Position numbers and translations under genes: made by a program. DNA of 64,000 bases from Patescibacteria group bacterium. GTDB taxonomy: Bacteria > Patescibacteriota > Saccharimonadia > Saccharimonadales > CAYUUR01. Below the pieces are notes generated by a model. The model saw only the letters and a program-made list of their open reading frames with translations. It made no database searches and had not been told where the DNA came from. The stretch spans positions 13,249 through 77,248 of the forward strand of contig JBPOIH010000007.1 in NCBI GenBank assembly GCA_052034685.1, given 5' to 3'. Below are positions 36,346-46,901 of this stretch, in pieces. Every line of letters starts with the position of its first letter. The first letter of the stretch is position 1.

Positions 36346-37314
36346 TTAGCCAGATTCTTGCGGTACAGTTCTACTGTCGAGTGATTTATAAAGATCCCTT
36401 TCTTCGAGCGCAAGCGCGTTACGTTCTTTGACGATTTGGTTGTAACGAGTAATATCGTCGCGAGTATCAGCAACCAGCTGGTTATACTCTCGTACGGCTG
36501 CGTTGTAGACAGGTACACCAGCGTTATACGCACTAGTGTTGTTTTGAGCCAGCGCAGCATCTAAGGCATTTCTTTGAAGTTGGAGCTCTTGATTAAGTCC
36601 ATCGATCTCGGCTTGTGCACTCTTTATTGAAGTGTCTAGGCTAGTAAGCTGCTTGTCCATTTTGGCAATCTTGGCTTCTCTCGCAGTAAATGCCTTTTCA
36701 TAGCGTTCTGCTAAACCGACGACTAAAGCCCGGTCGGAAAAGAATTGAGCATAGTGCTCCTCGAGTGCTGGCGGCAAGTTTGCAACTTCTGTACCGAGAA
36801 TGGAATGCAGTTCATTGGGCACAACAGATTCATCAGTTTTGCGGTACTGCTCGACGGTTGCAGCTATGCGCGGGTTTTTGAGGTTATTGAAGGCCTCTGC
36901 CGTCAGTGCATCAACCATTTGACGGGTCTTATCATCGAGACGCTCATAAGCAACATGGAGCATCTCGTGTGCAGCCGTAACTTCTTCTACTCCTGCCAGA
37001 CGATCGTCTTCTACATCATAGATGTAAATACCTGTATTGCTGACATAGCAACCGAGGACAATTGAAGCCTCTGCACTTGTGCAGTTCTGTCGGAAGGCTT
37101 CTTTGTCATTCAGTTCTGGCCGGTTCACATAGAATAGCTTCCGAGAGTAGTCGGTCATGGCACTATCATCTGCCAGCTTAACAATAGTTGCGGGCGGTTC
37201 GTAGCCACGCAGACGATACCAGTCATATATAGACTGAAAGTTGAACAAAATAAGACCAGCCGTTATAAAGACACCTATGGTCAGTATTAGTCCGGAAATC
37301 TTTGAAAAGCGCAT
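36346..37314 (-). CDS. Membrane-anchored hypothetical protein with an HExxH motif and a C-terminal coiled coil
   Basis: N-terminal TM ILTIGVFITAGLILF, then AAHEMLHVAYE (HExxH), then a Q/A/N-rich heptad region. Confidence 0.5.
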   Translation of the reverse strand: MRFSKISGLILTIGVFITAGLILFNFQSIYDWYRLRGYEPPATIVKLADDSAMTDYSRKLFYVNRPELNDKEAFRQNCTSAEASIVLGCYVSNTGIYIYDVEDDRLAGVEEVTAAHEMLHVAYERLDDKTRQMVDALTAEAFNNLKNPRIAATVEQYRKTDESVVPNELHSILGTEVANLPPALEEHYAQFFSDRALVVGLAERYEKAFTAREAKIAKMDKQLTSLDTSIKSAQAEIDGLNQELQLQRNALDAALAQNNTSAYNAGVPVYNAAVREYNQLVADTRDDITRYNQIVKERNALALEERDLYKSLDSRTVPQESG

Positions 37315-37328
37315 ATGTCTACTATACG

Positions 37329-39803
37329 TTATTCGTGAGCAGCTGAGTACGTCAATTTGCGCGCTTTGGAACCGACATGCACAATACTACCCTTGTGATA
37401 CTTGTTGCTCAGAAGCTCTACAGCGATATGATCTTCAACGGTTTCCTGTATCAAGCGTCGCAATGGACGAACGCCGTTTTTGGCATCATAGCCATGCTCA
37501 AGCAAGTACTCTTTTGCTGTTTTTGACAGCTCTAGTCCAAGCCCATGCTTGACTAAGCGTGTGCGTAGTTCATCCACTTGCAGATCAAGAATCTTCAACA
37601 CATCTGGTTTTGTGAGTGCTCTGAAGACAATTGTTTTGTCAATTCTGTTGATTAGCTCTGGTCTCATCAATTTCTTGAGTTCATCATGCACCTTATCCTT
37701 GTTGCGCTTATGGAGTGCGTCGAGGTCTTTGAGATCTTTGCTATCTGCCGCGTGAAAACCGAGGTTCGCTTCCTTCTGAAGCTTTTCAGCCCCTATGTTG
37801 CTAGTCATGATAATGATCGTGTTACTGAAGTCAATCTTACGGCCTTTTGCATCGGTCAATACACCATCCTCAAGAATCTGTAACAGCATGTTGAACACCT
37901 CAGGGTGGGCTTTTTCAATCTCATCGAACAGAACAAGACTGTAAGGCTGTCGGCGTATCTTATCTGTCAGCTGGCCGCCTTCGTCATAGCCCACATAACC
38001 CGCTGGAGCACCAACCAGTCGAGATACGTTGTGTCGTTCACCAAACTCGCTCATGTCAATTTTGATAAGCGCATCTGCGCTACCAAAGAACTCACGTGCC
38101 AACACACGTGCCAATTCTGTTTTTCCGACTCCAGTTGGACCAAGAAAGACAAAGGAACCAATTGGACGGTTGGCACTGCTTATCCCTGAACGGTTACGTC
38201 GTACAGCCTTGGCAACCGCTTCAACAGCTTCATCTTGACCGATCACATATTTGGCAAGTTGCTTTTCAAGATTTAATAAGTACTTTGCCTCTGAACGAAT
38301 TACTTTGGTAACCGGCACCCCTGTCATACGTGAGACAACATCCGCAACGTCCTCACTTTGCATCACAATTGGACTGTCACTTTTGGTATCGAGTTTGAGT
38401 TTTTTGAGCTGCTCGTCGATCTGGCTTGCGCGTGTTTTGTGCTGGGCAGCCAATTCATAATCTTCATTGTCGACCGCTTCATCAATGCGAGCATTCTCTA
38501 ATTTTAGCTCTTTTTGGAGCTTGCGGACTTCAGGTGGTGTTTTGCCCTTATCAACACGAAGGTGAGCTGCAGTTTCATCGAGCAAGTCGATTGCTTTATC
38601 TGGCATGAACCGATCATTGATGTAACGTTTCGCAAAAGTTACCGTATCATCAAGCACTTCGTCACTTACCTTTACGTTGTGATACTCCTCATAATGCTTG
38701 CGTAGACCCTTGAGGATACCGAGCGTTTCGCCAACATTAGTTTCTGGCACCACAATTGGTTGAAAGCGTCTTTCCAACGCAGCATCCTTCTCAATATGCT
38801 TGGTGTATTCGGCTGTAGTTGTGGCGCCAATCACCTGTATCTTTCCACGTGCTAACGCTGGCTTCAAGATGTTGCCAGCATCCATGGCGCCTTCAGCAGC
38901 CCCAGCGCCGACAATAAGATGTAACTCATCGATAAACACGATAGACCGTGTATCATTTTCCAGCTCATGCATTACTTTCTTGAGACGTTCTTCAAATTCC
39001 CCACGGTATTTTGTACCGGCAATCATGCCAGCAAGATCAAGCATGATAATGCGCTTATCAAGCAAGCTATCAGGTACCTCTTCAGTAATAATCCGTTGGG
39101 CAAGACCTTCTACAATAGCAGTTTTACCAACACCAGGCTCCCCAATGAGAACGGGGTTATTCTTCGTCCGACGGTTCAAAATAGTTATGAGCCTGCGAAT
39201 TTGGTTCTCGCGGCCAACAACAGGGTCAAGTTTGCCGTTTTGAGCCATGTGCGTCAGATCTGTTCCATAAAAATCAAGTGCGGTCTTACGTCCCTTCTTG
39301 CCACGCCGTTTATCCTGAGTCGAGGACTCACCCGCCTCATATTGCTGTCGATTCAGGAACTGCTCTAGCTCACTCAGCAATGCCTCAACATCAACATTCA
39401 TATCACGCAGCATAACTGTTGCACGAGCATTCTTCTGACTAAGAATACTGTAGAGGATATGTTCAGTGCCGCAATGTTCTTGGGCAAAGTCTTGGGATAC
39501 GTCATATGCCATGCGCAGCGTCAGTTTAGCTGTTTCGCTAAGATCTTTCGCGCCCATGTTAACAACAACCGTGTTTGGCGTTAAGTTAAGCGCCCGACGG
39601 GCACGCTCAAGGGTGATGCCAGCACCATCCAGCAGCTTTGCACCCATGCTTGATTCTTGCGCGAGCAAGCCAAGCAACAAATGCTCAGTGCCGATATACG
39701 TACTACCAAACCCACGCGCAATTGCGTCGGCATGCTTTAGGCTATGCAGTGCGTTTTCAGTAAGATTGTTCAAAAATTCTTGAAAGTCTGGTGAATTTGG
39801 CAT
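37329..39803 (-). CDS. clpC: Clp ATPase ClpC (two AAA+ domains)
   Basis: 824 aa. Clp N-domain repeats. Walker [11 protein letters not shown] and [11 protein letters not shown] short middle domain and the sensor motifs. Confidence 0.9.
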   Translation of the reverse strand: MPNSPDFQEFLNNLTENALHSLKHADAIARGFGSTYIGTEHLLLGLLAQESSMGAKLLDGAGITLERARRALNLTPNTVVVNMGAKDLSETAKLTLRMAYDVSQDFAQEHCGTEHILYSILSQKNARATVMLRDMNVDVEALLSELEQFLNRQQYEAGESSTQDKRRGKKGRKTALDFYGTDLTHMAQNGKLDPVVGRENQIRRLITILNRRTKNNPVLIGEPGVGKTAIVEGLAQRIITEEVPDSLLDKRIIMLDLAGMIAGTKYRGEFEERLKKVMHELENDTRSIVFIDELHLIVGAGAAEGAMDAGNILKPALARGKIQVIGATTTAEYTKHIEKDAALERRFQPIVVPETNVGETLGILKGLRKHYEEYHNVKVSDEVLDDTVTFAKRYINDRFMPDKAIDLLDETAAHLRVDKGKTPPEVRKLQKELKLENARIDEAVDNEDYELAAQHKTRASQIDEQLKKLKLDTKSDSPIVMQSEDVADVVSRMTGVPVTKVIRSEAKYLLNLEKQLAKYVIGQDEAVEAVAKAVRRNRSGISSANRPIGSFVFLGPTGVGKTELARVLAREFFGSADALIKIDMSEFGERHNVSRLVGAPAGYVGYDEGGQLTDKIRRQPYSLVLFDEIEKAHPEVFNMLLQILEDGVLTDAKGRKIDFSNTIIIMTSNIGAEKLQKEANLGFHAADSKDLKDLDALHKRNKDKVHDELKKLMRPELINRIDKTIVFRALTKPDVLKILDLQVDELRTRLVKHGLGLELSKTAKEYLLEHGYDAKNGVRPLRRLIQETVEDHIAVELLSNKYHKGSIVHVGSKARKLTYSAAHE

Positions 39804-39962
39804 GTGTTATTCGCCTCCGGCTTATACGACAAACCTACGGTTTTTCTCATCGCGCCGGGCAAAAAATGTGATTTTTGCTCGGGCTGCTCTTTTCCCTCAA
39901 TCGAGGCCGTAAGTTGTCATTTATTTGCGTGCATCCTGCAACGCTCAACTTCTAATATATGG

Positions 39963-39995
39963 CAAAAATTAGCACTCGTCAACCCAGAGTGCTAA
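39963..39995 (-). terminator. Rho-independent terminator at the end of the nusA-ORF126 unit
   Basis: TTAGCACTC-ugggugac-GAGUGCUAA forms a 9-bp stem followed by TTTTT on the minus strand. It overlaps the ORF126 stop. Confidence 0.6.
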
Positions 39996-40372
39996 TTTAG
40001 CTGACTCTCGTCTATGCGGCCTATTCTAACCAAGTGTTGCACCAGCAAGAAAGCTGCAGCTGGAATGGCTGTTGGCGCAAAATCACTTTCAGAGTCTAAT
40101 ATTTCTGCTTCACGCGATTCATTCATTACATAAGCAACTGCTGCAAAGCCGACAGCTCTTGCGTGGGGATGATCATGCTCGACCAATATGAAGCCGTAGT
40201 GTTCATTACTATCAACAAGATCAATCACCAGACCAGCATCGGCGTCGAAGTTTCGGCGCATCCAGGTAACTGCACCAGTTTCGAGTTGAGAAATCTTGTC
40301 TGCGTAGTAGTCAGGAGGCATGGTATCGCCATAGTCATCCCCTGTAAGCGGGAGTTTTAAACGAGGGTTCAT
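39992..40372 (-). CDS. Hypothetical acidic protein (126 aa) immediately downstream of nusA
   Basis: MNPRLKLPLTGDDYGDTMPPDYYADKISQLETG...EHDHPHARAVGF... It is not YlxR-like. It lies 15 nt after the nusA stop. Confidence 0.45.
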   Translation of the reverse strand: MNPRLKLPLTGDDYGDTMPPDYYADKISQLETGAVTWMRRNFDADAGLVIDLVDSNEHYGFILVEHDHPHARAVGFAAVAYVMNESREAEILDSESDFAPTAIPAAAFLLVQHLVRIGRIDESQLN

Positions 40373-40387
40373 CGTGTCTTACGGAGC

Positions 40388-41554
40388 CTATTCGCCGTGT
40401 TCTTCGACCGCTTCAATCAAGCTACTTTCAAGTTCCGACTTCTTCTTGAGCTTTGGCGCCTGTTTTGGTGGCTCCGCTTTAGCAGGAGCTTCCTCTACAA
40501 CAGGTTCTGGGGTCTTTTCTGCTGATTCAATGTCAAGCTCATACCCTGTAAGCTTGCTGGCAAGACGTACATTCTGGCCGCTGCGACCGATCGCAATGCT
40601 CAGCTGATCCTCGTTAACAAGCACTTTGGCTTTTTTGGCAGCTTCGTCGATTTGAACACGCTTTACTTCAGTTGGGCTCAATGCATTCTTAATATATTCA
40701 TCCGTTTTGTCGCTCCATACGATGATGTCGATCTTTTCTTGCTCACCGATTTCGCTCATAACGGCGTTGACGCGTGTACCGTGACCACCGACGAATGTAC
40801 CAACCGGGTCAACACCTGGCACCGTGCTATTTACTGCCAGCTTGGTGCGCACACCAGCTTCTCGCGCAATATCTTTAATTTCGACTGAACCGTTTTCCAT
40901 TTCAGGAACTTCTGCTCGGAACAACCACTCAACGAACTGAGTGTTTCCACGAGAAACCACCAATTGTGGCCCTCGGAAGCCCTTTTCTACGTCTTTGAGG
41001 AATACCTTCAGGCGTTGTCCAGGATAGTAGCGCTCACCTTGAATCTGTTCGCTCATTGGCATAATGCCTTGCGCCTTACCGAGCTCAACACGCACAATTC
41101 TACCCTCAACACGAGAAACAATGGCGTTAATAACAGTGCCGATTTTATCTTCGTATTCAGCAAGCACAATGTCACGCTCAGCTTCACGGAGGCGCTGCAA
41201 GATAACCTGCTTAGCAGTTTGAGCAGCTACGCGGCCAAATTCTTCTACCTTCTCAATAATCTCGACAGTTTCGCCAACCTTGGCGTTCTTACGGATTGCC
41301 TGAGCTTGTGTCAGATTGATCTGGGTGAATTCATCTTCGACTTTGTCGACGACTTCTTTAGTCGTATACGCAGTTACTTCTCCGCTATTAAGATTCATAC
41401 TCACACGAACTTCTTGCTCACGATCACCATAGTCACGGCGGTATGCGGCTGCAAGGGCTTGTTCAACAACTTCTTGAACGGTTTCTTCTGGCAAGTTCTT
41501 TTCCTCGGCAATAGCCTTGATCGCTACAGCCAGTTGTTTTAAGTCAAATTCCAT
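40388..41554 (-). CDS. nusA: Transcription termination/antitermination factor NusA
   Basis: 388 aa with an N-terminal domain, S1, two KH domains (GRSGQNVRLASKLTG) and an acidic C-terminus. Confidence 0.93.
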   Translation of the reverse strand: MEFDLKQLAVAIKAIAEEKNLPEETVQEVVEQALAAAYRRDYGDREQEVRVSMNLNSGEVTAYTTKEVVDKVEDEFTQINLTQAQAIRKNAKVGETVEIIEKVEEFGRVAAQTAKQVILQRLREAERDIVLAEYEDKIGTVINAIVSRVEGRIVRVELGKAQGIMPMSEQIQGERYYPGQRLKVFLKDVEKGFRGPQLVVSRGNTQFVEWLFRAEVPEMENGSVEIKDIAREAGVRTKLAVNSTVPGVDPVGTFVGGHGTRVNAVMSEIGEQEKIDIIVWSDKTDEYIKNALSPTEVKRVQIDEAAKKAKVLVNEDQLSIAIGRSGQNVRLASKLTGYELDIESAEKTPEPVVEEAPAKAEPPKQAPKLKKKSELESSLIEAVEEHGE

Positions 41555-41620
41555 GTTTCCTTCTTTCTGTTCTTATTAAAAAATCCGACCTGCCGGCCGG
41601 AGTAAACATCAACGACTATT

Positions 41621-41649
41621 AGTGTAAATTAGACCTGCTGTTTTGTCAA
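41621..41649 (-). promoter_or_regulatory. Candidate sigma-70-type promoter for nusA
   Basis: The minus strand reads TTGACA-aaacagcaggtctaatt-TACACT with a 17-nt spacer. The leader has a GC-rich CCGGCCGG palindrome plus TTTTTT before the AAGGA Shine-Dalgarno. Confidence 0.45.
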
Positions 41650-41663
41650 TCGCGCGTGATAGA

Positions 41664-44228
41664 ATGAATGACATGAGCAAAGCCGTCAAACGACTAATTG
41701 ACCAATTTATTCCAGAAAACTACAGCCTATCACTGCACCCAGATAAAGACGCCATGACCTTCGCAGGCACAATCATCATTACCGGCAAAAAAGTCGGACG
41801 CCCTTCGAAGCGGCTTACTTTTCACCAAAAAGAACTCAAGATACAAAGCGCAAAGATCAAGAAACTTGGCAAGCAGCCGGGCGATGTCGAAGTATCACGA
41901 ATAAACACACACGATAGCTTCGATGAACTGAGACTGCACGCTGACCATCTTATCTACCCAGGAGCCTACCAAGTTACCATTGAATTTAATGGAACTATTA
42001 CTCCACAGATGAACGGCCTCTACCCTTGTACGTTCACACAAGGCGGCAAAGAAAAAACACTACTAGCGACACAGTTTGAAAGCCATCACGCGCGTGAGGT
42101 ATTTCCGTGTATTGATGAGCCTGCCGCCAAAGCGACTTTTGATGTCACCCTGACGAGCCCTAAAGGCGAAACAGTACTCAGCAACACCCCAGTCAAAAAA
42201 CAACAAGAGCGTGACGGCAAGCTTGTTACTCAGTTTGAAACCACGCCAATTATGTCCAGCTATCTACTGGCCTTTGTTATTGGCGAACTCAAGCATAAAC
42301 AGAAAACCACCAAGCAAGGTGTGGTGGTGCGCGCCTTTGCGACACCCGACAATGTTGGCTTCACTGACTTTGGGTTGGATGTTGCTGTTAAAAGCCTGGA
42401 GTTCTATCACGACTACTTTGGTATTGATTATCCACTTGCCAAAAGCGACATGGTAGCTTTACCAGACTTCGCCAGTGGCGCCATGGAAAACTGGGGCCTC
42501 GTCACCTACCGTGAACATTGCATGCTTGTTGACCCTAAAAACACCAGTTTGCCTACAAAGCAATATGTGGCAATGGTCGTCGCACATGAGTTAGCGCATC
42601 AATGGTTCGGGAACCTCGTGACTATGCGCTGGTGGACAGATCTCTGGCTTAATGAAGGTTTTGCGAGCTGGATAGAGTATATGGCGGTCGATGCTTTGTT
42701 TCCAGAGTGGCGGATGTGGACACAGTTTATCGTCGACGAGCAGCAGTCGGCCCTTAAACTAGATGCCCTTGATAACACCCATGCCATAGAAGCGCCGATC
42801 AATCATCCTGATGAAATACGCACAATTTTTGACGCAATCAGCTACAACAAAGGTGCGAGCGTTATACATATGCTGCATGAGTATCTTGGCCCGACTGCAT
42901 TCCGAGACGGTCTCCGCTATTATCTACAGAAGCACCAGTACGGAAGCACCGACACGGTTGATCTCTGGAGTGCCCTGGAAGAAGTATCTAAAAAGCCTGT
43001 GACTGCCTTCATGGAGCGGTGGACAACCCAGCCTGGTTTTCCGCTGGTTGATGCAGAAGTCACGACACATAACATAACTGTATCTCAGCAACGATTCCAT
43101 TACGTCAACCAAGGGCGAACCCACAAAACCCTGTGGCCAATCGCTCTGGAAGGCAACGCTGCTCTCGCGGATGAAGTTCTGGAAGATGTAAGTAAAACAA
43201 TACCCAATCATGGCGACTCAGCCGTGACAAAACTCAACATCGGCCAAAGTGGCTTCTATCGTGTCCATTACAACTCAAGTCATCTACAGAAGCTCAGCGA
43301 AGCTATCAAAGCTGGTCGTCTTGATACGCTTGACCGCCTCGGTATACTGAGCGACGCATTTGAAACTGCCAAGGCAGGACATGGCGACACTGCTGATGTC
43401 CTAAAATTACTGGAAAGCTACAGTAAGGAGTCTGAGGCGCCAGTCTGGGATGTCATTTCTGGTGTAATCGGCAGTATCCGTGGTGTCATGGACAACGAAA
43501 CGCTGCGCGATGACATGCAACCATATATTCGAGAATTGATACAGCCACAACTAGAACGACTTGGCTGGACGAAAGGCAATGATGAAGATTACTTTGACCA
43601 GTTATTACGCCCAACGATTCTCGGGATGGCGTCGGTTGCGGAGGAACCTGGAGTCATTGCGCACGCGCAAGAACTCTTCACGAAAATGAAACAAACAGAA
43701 GACATTTCGCCTGACGTCCGTAGCGTTGTCTACAATACAGTGGCGCGTCATGGCGACAGCGAGACCTTTAAACAGCTTGTGTCCCTCCATAATGATTCTA
43801 CGTCGAGTGAAGAGCGCACGATGCTAGCCGCTGCGATTACTGGTTTTCGACAGCCTGCGCTCATCAAGAAGGCACTTGCAATGGTCGTCACTGACCAGGT
43901 GCGCAAACAAGATGTCGGTTATTGGGTTGCCTACGCGTTTATGAACCGCCACGGCAAGGAAATCGCCTGGGAGTGGCTAAAAACAAACTGGCAATGGCTG
44001 ACTGATAACTTGGGCACTGACCTGAGCTTCGGACGCTTCCCTATCTACGCGGCTCGCTGTTTTAGTGATAAAGCTTTCCTAAAAGAATACAAGAAATTCT
44101 TTGAACCAATTCTGACACCTGCCCTTGAGCGTGCCTATAAACAAGGTGCTGAAATCGTTGAGTGGCAAGCCGACTGGAAGACGCGCGACTTCAAGACAGT
44201 GGCGCACTTCTTTGCCACTAGAAAGTAG
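41664..44228 (+). CDS. pepN: Aminopeptidase N (M1 family)
   Basis: GAMENWG exopeptidase motif and HELAHQWFGNLVTMRWWTDLWLNEGFA (HExxH-x18-E). The track ORF starts at a TTG at 41643; the first ATG is 41664. Confidence 0.9.
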   Translation: MNDMSKAVKRLIDQFIPENYSLSLHPDKDAMTFAGTIIITGKKVGRPSKRLTFHQKELKIQSAKIKKLGKQPGDVEVSRINTHDSFDELRLHADHLIYPGAYQVTIEFNGTITPQMNGLYPCTFTQGGKEKTLLATQFESHHAREVFPCIDEPAAKATFDVTLTSPKGETVLSNTPVKKQQERDGKLVTQFETTPIMSSYLLAFVIGELKHKQKTTKQGVVVRAFATPDNVGFTDFGLDVAVKSLEFYHDYFGIDYPLAKSDMVALPDFASGAMENWGLVTYREHCMLVDPKNTSLPTKQYVAMVVAHELAHQWFGNLVTMRWWTDLWLNEGFASWIEYMAVDALFPEWRMWTQFIVDEQQSALKLDALDNTHAIEAPINHPDEIRTIFDAISYNKGASVIHMLHEYLGPTAFRDGLRYYLQKHQYGSTDTVDLWSALEEVSKKPVTAFMERWTTQPGFPLVDAEVTTHNITVSQQRFHYVNQGRTHKTLWPIALEGNAALADEVLEDVSKTIPNHGDSAVTKLNIGQSGFYRVHYNSSHLQKLSEAIKAGRLDTLDRLGILSDAFETAKAGHGDTADVLKLLESYSKESEAPVWDVISGVIGSIRGVMDNETLRDDMQPYIRELIQPQLERLGWTKGNDEDYFDQLLRPTILGMASVAEEPGVIAHAQELFTKMKQTEDISPDVRSVVYNTVARHGDSETFKQLVSLHNDSTSSEERTMLAAAITGFRQPALIKKALAMVVTDQVRKQDVGYWVAYAFMNRHGKEIAWEWLKTNWQWLTDNLGTDLSFGRFPIYAARCFSDKAFLKEYKKFFEPILTPALERAYKQGAEIVEWQADWKTRDFKTVAHFFATRK

Positions 44229-44235
44229 CTGCTGT

Positions 44236-44580
44236 TTACTCAATATCTGACGTAAATCCTGTGACCTCGAACTCTTGGCCGGCAACCTCAATAGCCGCCA
44301 GCGAACATGAGCCATCCCATGCGCGAGAGCTTAGCCAGAACTCAGCTGCACGTGACATCTGACGCAGCTTCTTGGTAGTTATGTAGTCAAACCCATCACC
44401 CTGAAGTTTCGAAATACGATACTTTACTTCAACAAAATACACACAAGACTGCTTTTTTGCCACAATATCAATCTCGCAATAGCGTGTACGCCAGTTCCGT
44501 TCTAATATTTTGTAGCCTCGCTTTATCAAGTAGGCAGCAGCAACCGCTTCTGCTTGCCGACCCGTCTCTGTTGTAGTCAT
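44236..44580 (-). CDS. yraN: YraN-family (UPF0102) endonuclease
   Basis: 114 aa. AEAVAAAYLIKRGYKILERNWRTRYCEIDIVA...VYFVEVKYR. Confidence 0.85.
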   Translation of the reverse strand: MTTTETGRQAEAVAAAYLIKRGYKILERNWRTRYCEIDIVAKKQSCVYFVEVKYRISKLQGDGFDYITTKKLRQMSRAAEFWLSSRAWDGSCSLAAIEVAGQEFEVTGFTSDIE

Positions 44581-45143
44581 AGCATTTCCCGAATCGGCTT
44601 AAAGCTTCTACGATGCTGATCAGACGGGCCAAACTCAATAAGACACGCTCGGTGATGGGCAGTGCCGTATCCAACATGTCTTTCAAAACCATACTGCGGA
44701 TATTCTTCTGAGAGCTGAATCATGTATGCATCTCTAAGCTCTTTGGCATACACGCTCGCAGCGCTAACAATTGGGTGCAATCTGTCAGCTTTTATAACAG
44801 TATCCACCTGTTGATACTTGGGCTGACAATAATTCACAGCACCATCCATAATGATACGTTCACTTGGCTGGGCCGAAATCGCTCGCAAGGCTCTTTCCAC
44901 ACCAAGTCGCATAGCGTCAGTCAGTCCGGCTCTGTCAACTTCAGCAGCAGTTACCCAGCCTTCGCCAAGCTGGCAAGACGTCATTATATCAACAGTTAAT
45001 AGTTTACGCTGCCTGCTCGAAAGTAGTTTAGAGTCTTTCAGGCCAGTTGGTAGTAGAGAAGTTTGTCGAGCAGCTACAACCAGTAACGGCCCCGCCCAGC
45101 AACCTCTACCAACTTCATCAATACCAATCATGACTTTAAGCAT
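44577..45143 (-). CDS. rnhB: Ribonuclease HII
   Basis: IGIDEVGRGCWAGPLVVAA and DSKLLS. 4-nt overlap with yraN. Confidence 0.9.
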   Translation of the reverse strand: MLKVMIGIDEVGRGCWAGPLLVVAARQTSLLPTGLKDSKLLSSRQRKLLTVDIMTSCQLGEGWVTAAEVDRAGLTDAMRLGVERALRAISAQPSERIIMDGAVNYCQPKYQQVDTVIKADRLHPIVSAASVYAKELRDAYMIQLSEEYPQYGFERHVGYGTAHHRACLIEFGPSDQHRRSFKPIREML

Positions 45144-45191
45144 AACAAAAAACCGCCTTTATGGCGGTTCATATGTTATGTTCTGGTTTGT

Positions 45192-45653
45192 TTACGCTGC
45201 TGTTTCTGTGTCTTGTTTGGCCTGTTCAGTAGGTATTTCTTCTGTTGGAGCTACTTCTACAACTGGAGCTTCGGCAACGGTGTTGACAGCCTGCTTGTCG
45301 AAGTCGACGCCTGTAAGGCGGGCTGACTTACCGGTTCGGGCACGCATGTATGTGAGGTAGTTGCGGCGTACTTTGCTACGTTTTACAACCTCTACCTTGG
45401 TAACGAGTGGTGAATGTAACATGTACGTCTTTTCAACACCGATACCGCTGGCAATACGTCGAATTGTAATTGTCGCAGTATGGCTCTGTACACGATCAGT
45501 CCGGATAACTAAGCCTTCGAATACCTGAATACGTTCCTTGTTGCCTTCTTTAATTTTTTGGTGAACACGAACAGTGTCACCACTACGAACATCAACAACG
45601 GCGTGTTTCTTGTATTTTTCTTCAATTTTCTGAATGACTGATTGCATAACCAA
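45192..45653 (-). CDS. rplS: 50S ribosomal protein L19 with an acidic/Ala-Pro C-terminal extension of about 35 aa
   Basis: VIQKIEEKYKK...VRSGDTVRVHQKIKEGNKERIQVFEGLVI...IRRIASGIGVEKTYMLHSP. Confidence 0.9.
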   Translation of the reverse strand: MVMQSVIQKIEEKYKKHAVVDVRSGDTVRVHQKIKEGNKERIQVFEGLVIRTDRVQSHTATITIRRIASGIGVEKTYMLHSPLVTKVEVVKRSKVRRNYLTYMRARTGKSARLTGVDFDKQAVNTVAEAPVVEVAPTEEIPTEQAKQDTETAA

Positions 45654-45764
45654 ATCATCTTACACTGTTTCTTTGTTCTTTGCAACACTTTTTACCCTGT
45701 TATTCTACGAATATACATTCATTATTTACACACGTGCTTTGTTAGACAATGCTATGATATATAC

Positions 45765-46901
45765 ATGACAGATTTTGGGAAACTCGCCTTAGAACAACAT
45801 AAAAAACTCCGTGGCAAAATTAGTGTATCGCTAAAAGATAGCCTCGACAGCCAGGACAAACTTAGCACGTATTACACTCCCGGCGTTGCGGCGGTGTCGA
45901 GCTACGTGGCTGAACACCCCAAAGAAACGCGTGACTACACCTGGCTGAATAATGCTGTCGCCGTGATTAGTGATGGCTCAGCCGTCCTAGGACTGGGTAA
46001 CATTGGACCTCAGGGTGCTTTGCCAGTTATGGAAGGTAAAAGCATGTTATTTAAGCATTTTGCAAATGTTGATGCAGTGCCGATTGTACTCGATGTACAC
46101 TCGGCCGACGAGATTGTAGCAGCAGTGCGGGCAATTGCACCGAGCTTTGGTGGCATAAACTTAGAGGATATTGCGGCACCTATTTGTTTTGAAGTTGAAG
46201 AACGGCTGAAAGAAAAACTTGATATCCCAGTATTTCATGATGATCAACACGGTACAGCAATTGTTGTCTTAGCCGGTTTAATCAATTCCATGAAGGTAAC
46301 TGGTCGTCAACTCAAGGATTGTCGGATTGTCGTAGTTGGAGCAGGTGCTGCTGGAACCGCTATCATGAAGCTCCTGCACCGCTATGCGCAACCTGAAATT
46401 CTCGCAGTCGACAGCAAAGGAATCGTATCTAAGGACAGGACAGACCTCAACACTGAAAAGCAAAAACTCCTCACGTTCACCAACCCTAACAACGTAAGTG
46501 GTACGCTCGAGCATGCCCTCATGGGAGCTGACATATTTATCGGTGTTTCGGCAGCTGGTCTTTTGACTGCCGAGATGGTTCAAATGATGAGCGAAAAACC
46601 AATTATCTTTGCTATGGCTAACCCTACACCCGAAATCATGCCAGACATTGCCAAACAAGCCGGTGCCGCTATCATCGCAACCGGCCGCAGTGATTTCCCA
46701 AACCAAGTAAACAACGCCCTGGCGTTTCCTGGCATCTTCCGCGGCGCCTTAGACAACAAAGTTTCGGCCATCACTGACGACCACAAAACAGCAGCAGCTG
46801 AAGTTATTGCTAACCTCGTGGACAAACCAACCGCTGACATGATCATCCCTTCACCACTTGACGACCGACTTGTCCCTTCGATTGCCAAGGTTATTGTTTA
46901 A
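45765..46901 (+). CDS. NAD(P)-dependent malic enzyme (small prokaryotic form)
   Basis: YTPGVA, VISDGSAVLGLGNIG, FHDDQHGTA, VVVGAGAAGTAI. I took the start at MTDFGKL. The track ORF from 45642 is an upstream extension. Confidence 0.85.
   Translation: MTDFGKLALEQHKKLRGKISVSLKDSLDSQDKLSTYYTPGVAAVSSYVAEHPKETRDYTWLNNAVAVISDGSAVLGLGNIGPQGALPVMEGKSMLFKHFANVDAVPIVLDVHSADEIVAAVRAIAPSFGGINLEDIAAPICFEVEERLKEKLDIPVFHDDQHGTAIVVLAGLINSMKVTGRQLKDCRIVVVGAGAAGTAIMKLLHRYAQPEILAVDSKGIVSKDRTDLNTEKQKLLTFTNPNNVSGTLEHALMGADIFIGVSAAGLLTAEMVQMMSEKPIIFAMANPTPEIMPDIAKQAGAAIIATGRSDFPNQVNNALAFPGIFRGALDNKVSAITDDHKTAAAEVIANLVDKPTADMIIPSPLDDRLVPSIAKVIV

Noticed and set aside
41575-41600. CCGGCCGG palindrome as an intrinsic terminator
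   Set aside because: It can form only a very short stem with no loop. I kept it as a possible leader element rather than calling a terminator.
45642-45764. 41-codon upstream extension of the malic enzyme gene starting inside rplS
   Set aside because: It overlaps the rplS coding region on the opposite strand. Malic enzymes align from MTDFGKL.
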